From the human T2T-CHM13v2.0 reference genome, Homo sapiens: 64,000 nt of DNA. The position numbers and the translations under genes are program-made. The notes under the pieces were generated by a model. The model was not told where the DNA came from, ran no database searches, and saw nothing but the letters and a program-made list of their open reading frames with translations. Location of the stretch: the NCBI RefSeq assembly GCF_009914755.1, contig NC_060937.1; one strand, given 5' to 3'. Below, in pieces: positions 61,237-64,000 of the stretch; positions within the stretch are counted from its first letter, which is position 1; every line of letters starts with the position of its first letter.

Positions 61237-63059
61237 TAAGAATCCAGCTATTGCATTAAAATATAACTAGTATATATTATAAAGCAGCTGCCAGTCCATG
61301 GAACAGGGAGAACTTGTGCTTAGGTGAGAGAGACACCTGGCCATGAACACTAACGGCCGTTTTAAAAGGAGACAAGCTTCTACTTCATTTGGATCTTAGG
61401 CAGTGGGGCATTCACATAAGATGATTGCTGGTTCGAAGGAAAGAACCAAAAAAAAAAAAAAAAGAGAAACTTTTAGCTTTTGTTATGATTATGTTCCCAG
61501 CAAATTGATGATTTGTTTGAAGAATGAAAACTCCTAGAAGGGGTCACTGGAAAGGAAAAACTTAAAATGATGATGATCTGTAGGGTGATTTTCCTGAGAG
61601 AAAAGCATACTTTGCACTAATGGCTATCTTCCCAGTGAATTCATTTTGAAGCCAAAGTGGATAATTCCCAGCAGCCAGCCTCCACCCCAGGGGATCTATC
61701 CCCCATTCATCCAGACAGCAATGTTGATGGGTGGACAGTGGGGCAGCCCAGAGCCGAGTCCTTCCCTCACCCTTCCTGCCTGAAGTCGCCATCCCTCCAT
61801 CAGCAGAGAGTGTAGTCAACTTGTTAACCACAGAGCAGGACACGTACGACTCCTTATTTCCTTATGTCTCTTTTAAGCACAGCTCCATTGCACCCATGTT
61901 CAATTTTAGCCTCAGCGTCTGCCCTTAGCCACAAGTTCCCGGCATCTCTGTGGGAATTCATGATTGTGAGAGGAAGACAAGCCCCGTGTGAAGGGATGAT
62001 TCACCCTCTCCCTTGAGAGTTTCAGTCTCAAAGCTGCCAGCAAATGGGTCTTGATGGAGACAAGTAGGAGACTGAGTATTTGGGTAGATGTCGTCATTTT
62101 AAATCTCTGCTGGGAGGAAAAAAAAAACAACGAAAAAAATCAAAACAAAAGCCCTGTCAAACCGCATTATAGCCCTTCTCTACGTAATAACTAGGAGGTC
62201 AGAGTTGCAAAATGCATAGAGAAGAAGTATTCCTGTTCTACGAGGACTTTTAGGACAGGAAGAAAAAGCCATACAAAATGAGAAAGGCCTTGTTAAGGCT
62301 GGAAATGCTAACGTTTCACTGGTAGGTATCTGCTCTCGATGCAGTCTTCTCCATGGGTTCTGTGGTCCTTCTCCTCACCTTCCCACTGGCTGCATCCCCA
62401 TCCTTCGTTTCCTCCTTGCTCTTTTGCTCAGGGTTGCCTTCTCTGCTTCTTAGTCACTTGTCCCATTTCTGTGGCTTCATTTCTGTCATTTTGTCCTTTC
62501 TCTTTTGATATATCAGACCATGATCTGGTTTGAGTTCTTTGTGCACACATGTATGTGTGTTAGATATTAAAAAAAAGAAAGAAAAAAATATATATATAAT
62601 GCAGTGGGCAAAAAGCCCTAGGGCAGTTTGGAAACAGACAACAGCCTCAGCCTACTGCTTCGCATTCAGTATCTTGCCTCATCCTGCAAAAATCCTATGG
62701 AGCATTAATAGACCCAGTTTACAAATGAGGAACTGAGGCTCCCAGAGGTTGAGTAGCTTACCTGGGGTCACACAGGTGGTATACTGTGGAGCCATGGTCA
62801 GCTCTACTGCTCACTCTTCATTTCAGAGTGTGTCTAGCTAAGGGTGCTGGAAGGGAAGTGAGCCTCGAGCAGTGGGGTAGCTTGGATTTTGGAAGCAGCA
62901 CACCTGGGTTCATAAATTGGCTTCTTCATGGACTAGCTCTGTGACTTAGCCTTTCTGGGATTAATAATAGTGATTCTCAGAGGGTCATTGTAAGGATTAA
63001 ATGAGGCGATGGAGGAAAAGGTAGTGTGTCTGGCACATAGTAAATGCTTAATTAATGTA

Positions 63060-63960
63060 GCTAGGCCTGAAACCTAGGAGTCATCCTCAAATCTTCCCTT
63101 TTTCTCACATCCCACATCCAGTCCATCAGCAAGTCCTGTCAGCTCTACCTTCCATGTATCCAAACCTGGTCACTTCTCACCACCACCTCTTAACCTCAGT
63201 CCTCATCGCCTCTTACCAGGGAACTGAAACTTCCAACTGGCTCTGGGTTTCCACTCTTGTCCCCTTTGGCCAGGGCGATCCTGTTAAAATATAAGTCAGA
63301 TTACACTCTTCCAATGTTTGGAACCCTCTGAAGATATCCAATATTATTGCACAAAGTTAATAGCTGAGGCCCAACAATGGGATGCTCAAGCCCGACAGCA
63401 GCACTTTACAAACTGTAATGTGCACATGAGCTACTGAAGATGTTGTGAAAGTGCAGCTCTGACTCAGTGGGTCTGGGGTAGAACCCAAGATTCTGCATTT
63501 CTATCAAGCACTCAGCTGCTGCTGCTGGTCCAAGACCCTAGTATTGAATAGCCAGATGCCACATTATCTGCACTCCACCTCCACCTTATCTCCTCTGTTA
63601 TCCCCTTGCTAAACCTGCCCACCTTCATTGGCCTCCTTGTTGTGCCTCAACGCACCAAGTAGGTTCTACCTGAGGGCCTTTGAACGTCCTGTTTCTCTCT
63701 GTCTGGGAAATTCTATCTCCAGACACGTGATTAGCTCACTCCCTCACTTCCTTTAGGTATTGACTCCAATGTCACCCTCTCGGCAAAAGGTTGCCTGACA
63801 TCTGTTCTTAAAATTGCATAACCCACCCCCAGCAACACTATTGGTTTCCATTCTCTTTGCTTTTGTTCATAGACTACAACTTTCTAACATCATACATATC
63901 ATACTTATTTTGGTTTTTGTCAATCTTTCCCAGCTAGAAAGTAAGCCTTTTTTCAAAAGG
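63060..63960 (+). mobile_element. L2 fragment with nested MER5-like element
   Basis: aaacctaggagtcatcct...catcagcaagtcctgtcagctctacct...gggcctttgaac. Confidence 0.75.
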
Positions 63961-64000
63961 TGAATTTATTTTTATATATTTGTCTTTAATTTTTTTAAGT

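Overview
Human genomic DNA: it carries a consensus-like AluYa5 and a full-length SVA, and is dense in Alu, L1, L2, MIR, LTR and DNA-transposon relics. It contains no intact protein-coding gene and no prokaryotic features. The main result is that the apparently unique DNA between the repeats reads, on the minus strand, as the remains of a large multi-exon, non-processed (probably unitary) pseudogene. About 12 exon remnants between ~41.9 kb and ~15.7 kb have good splice acceptors and donors and mostly compatible phases once a few 1-nt frameshifts are allowed. Their frames are protein-like and broken mainly by TGA/TAA/TAG codons one C>T step from Arg/Gln. Alus, including an old AluJ, sit inside exons. 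Weaker exon candidates extend it up to ~62 kb and down to ~4.4 kb, and four local ~100-200 bp duplications look like duplicated exon pieces of it. I cannot name the protein, and all translations and alignments were done by eye. Other points of note: a 7-unit phased heat-shock element, an Alu carrying another Alu's flank, an SVA with a probable short 3' transduction, a MER53 palindrome with compensatory changes and a 2.5-kb GT-rich array grown inside an L2.
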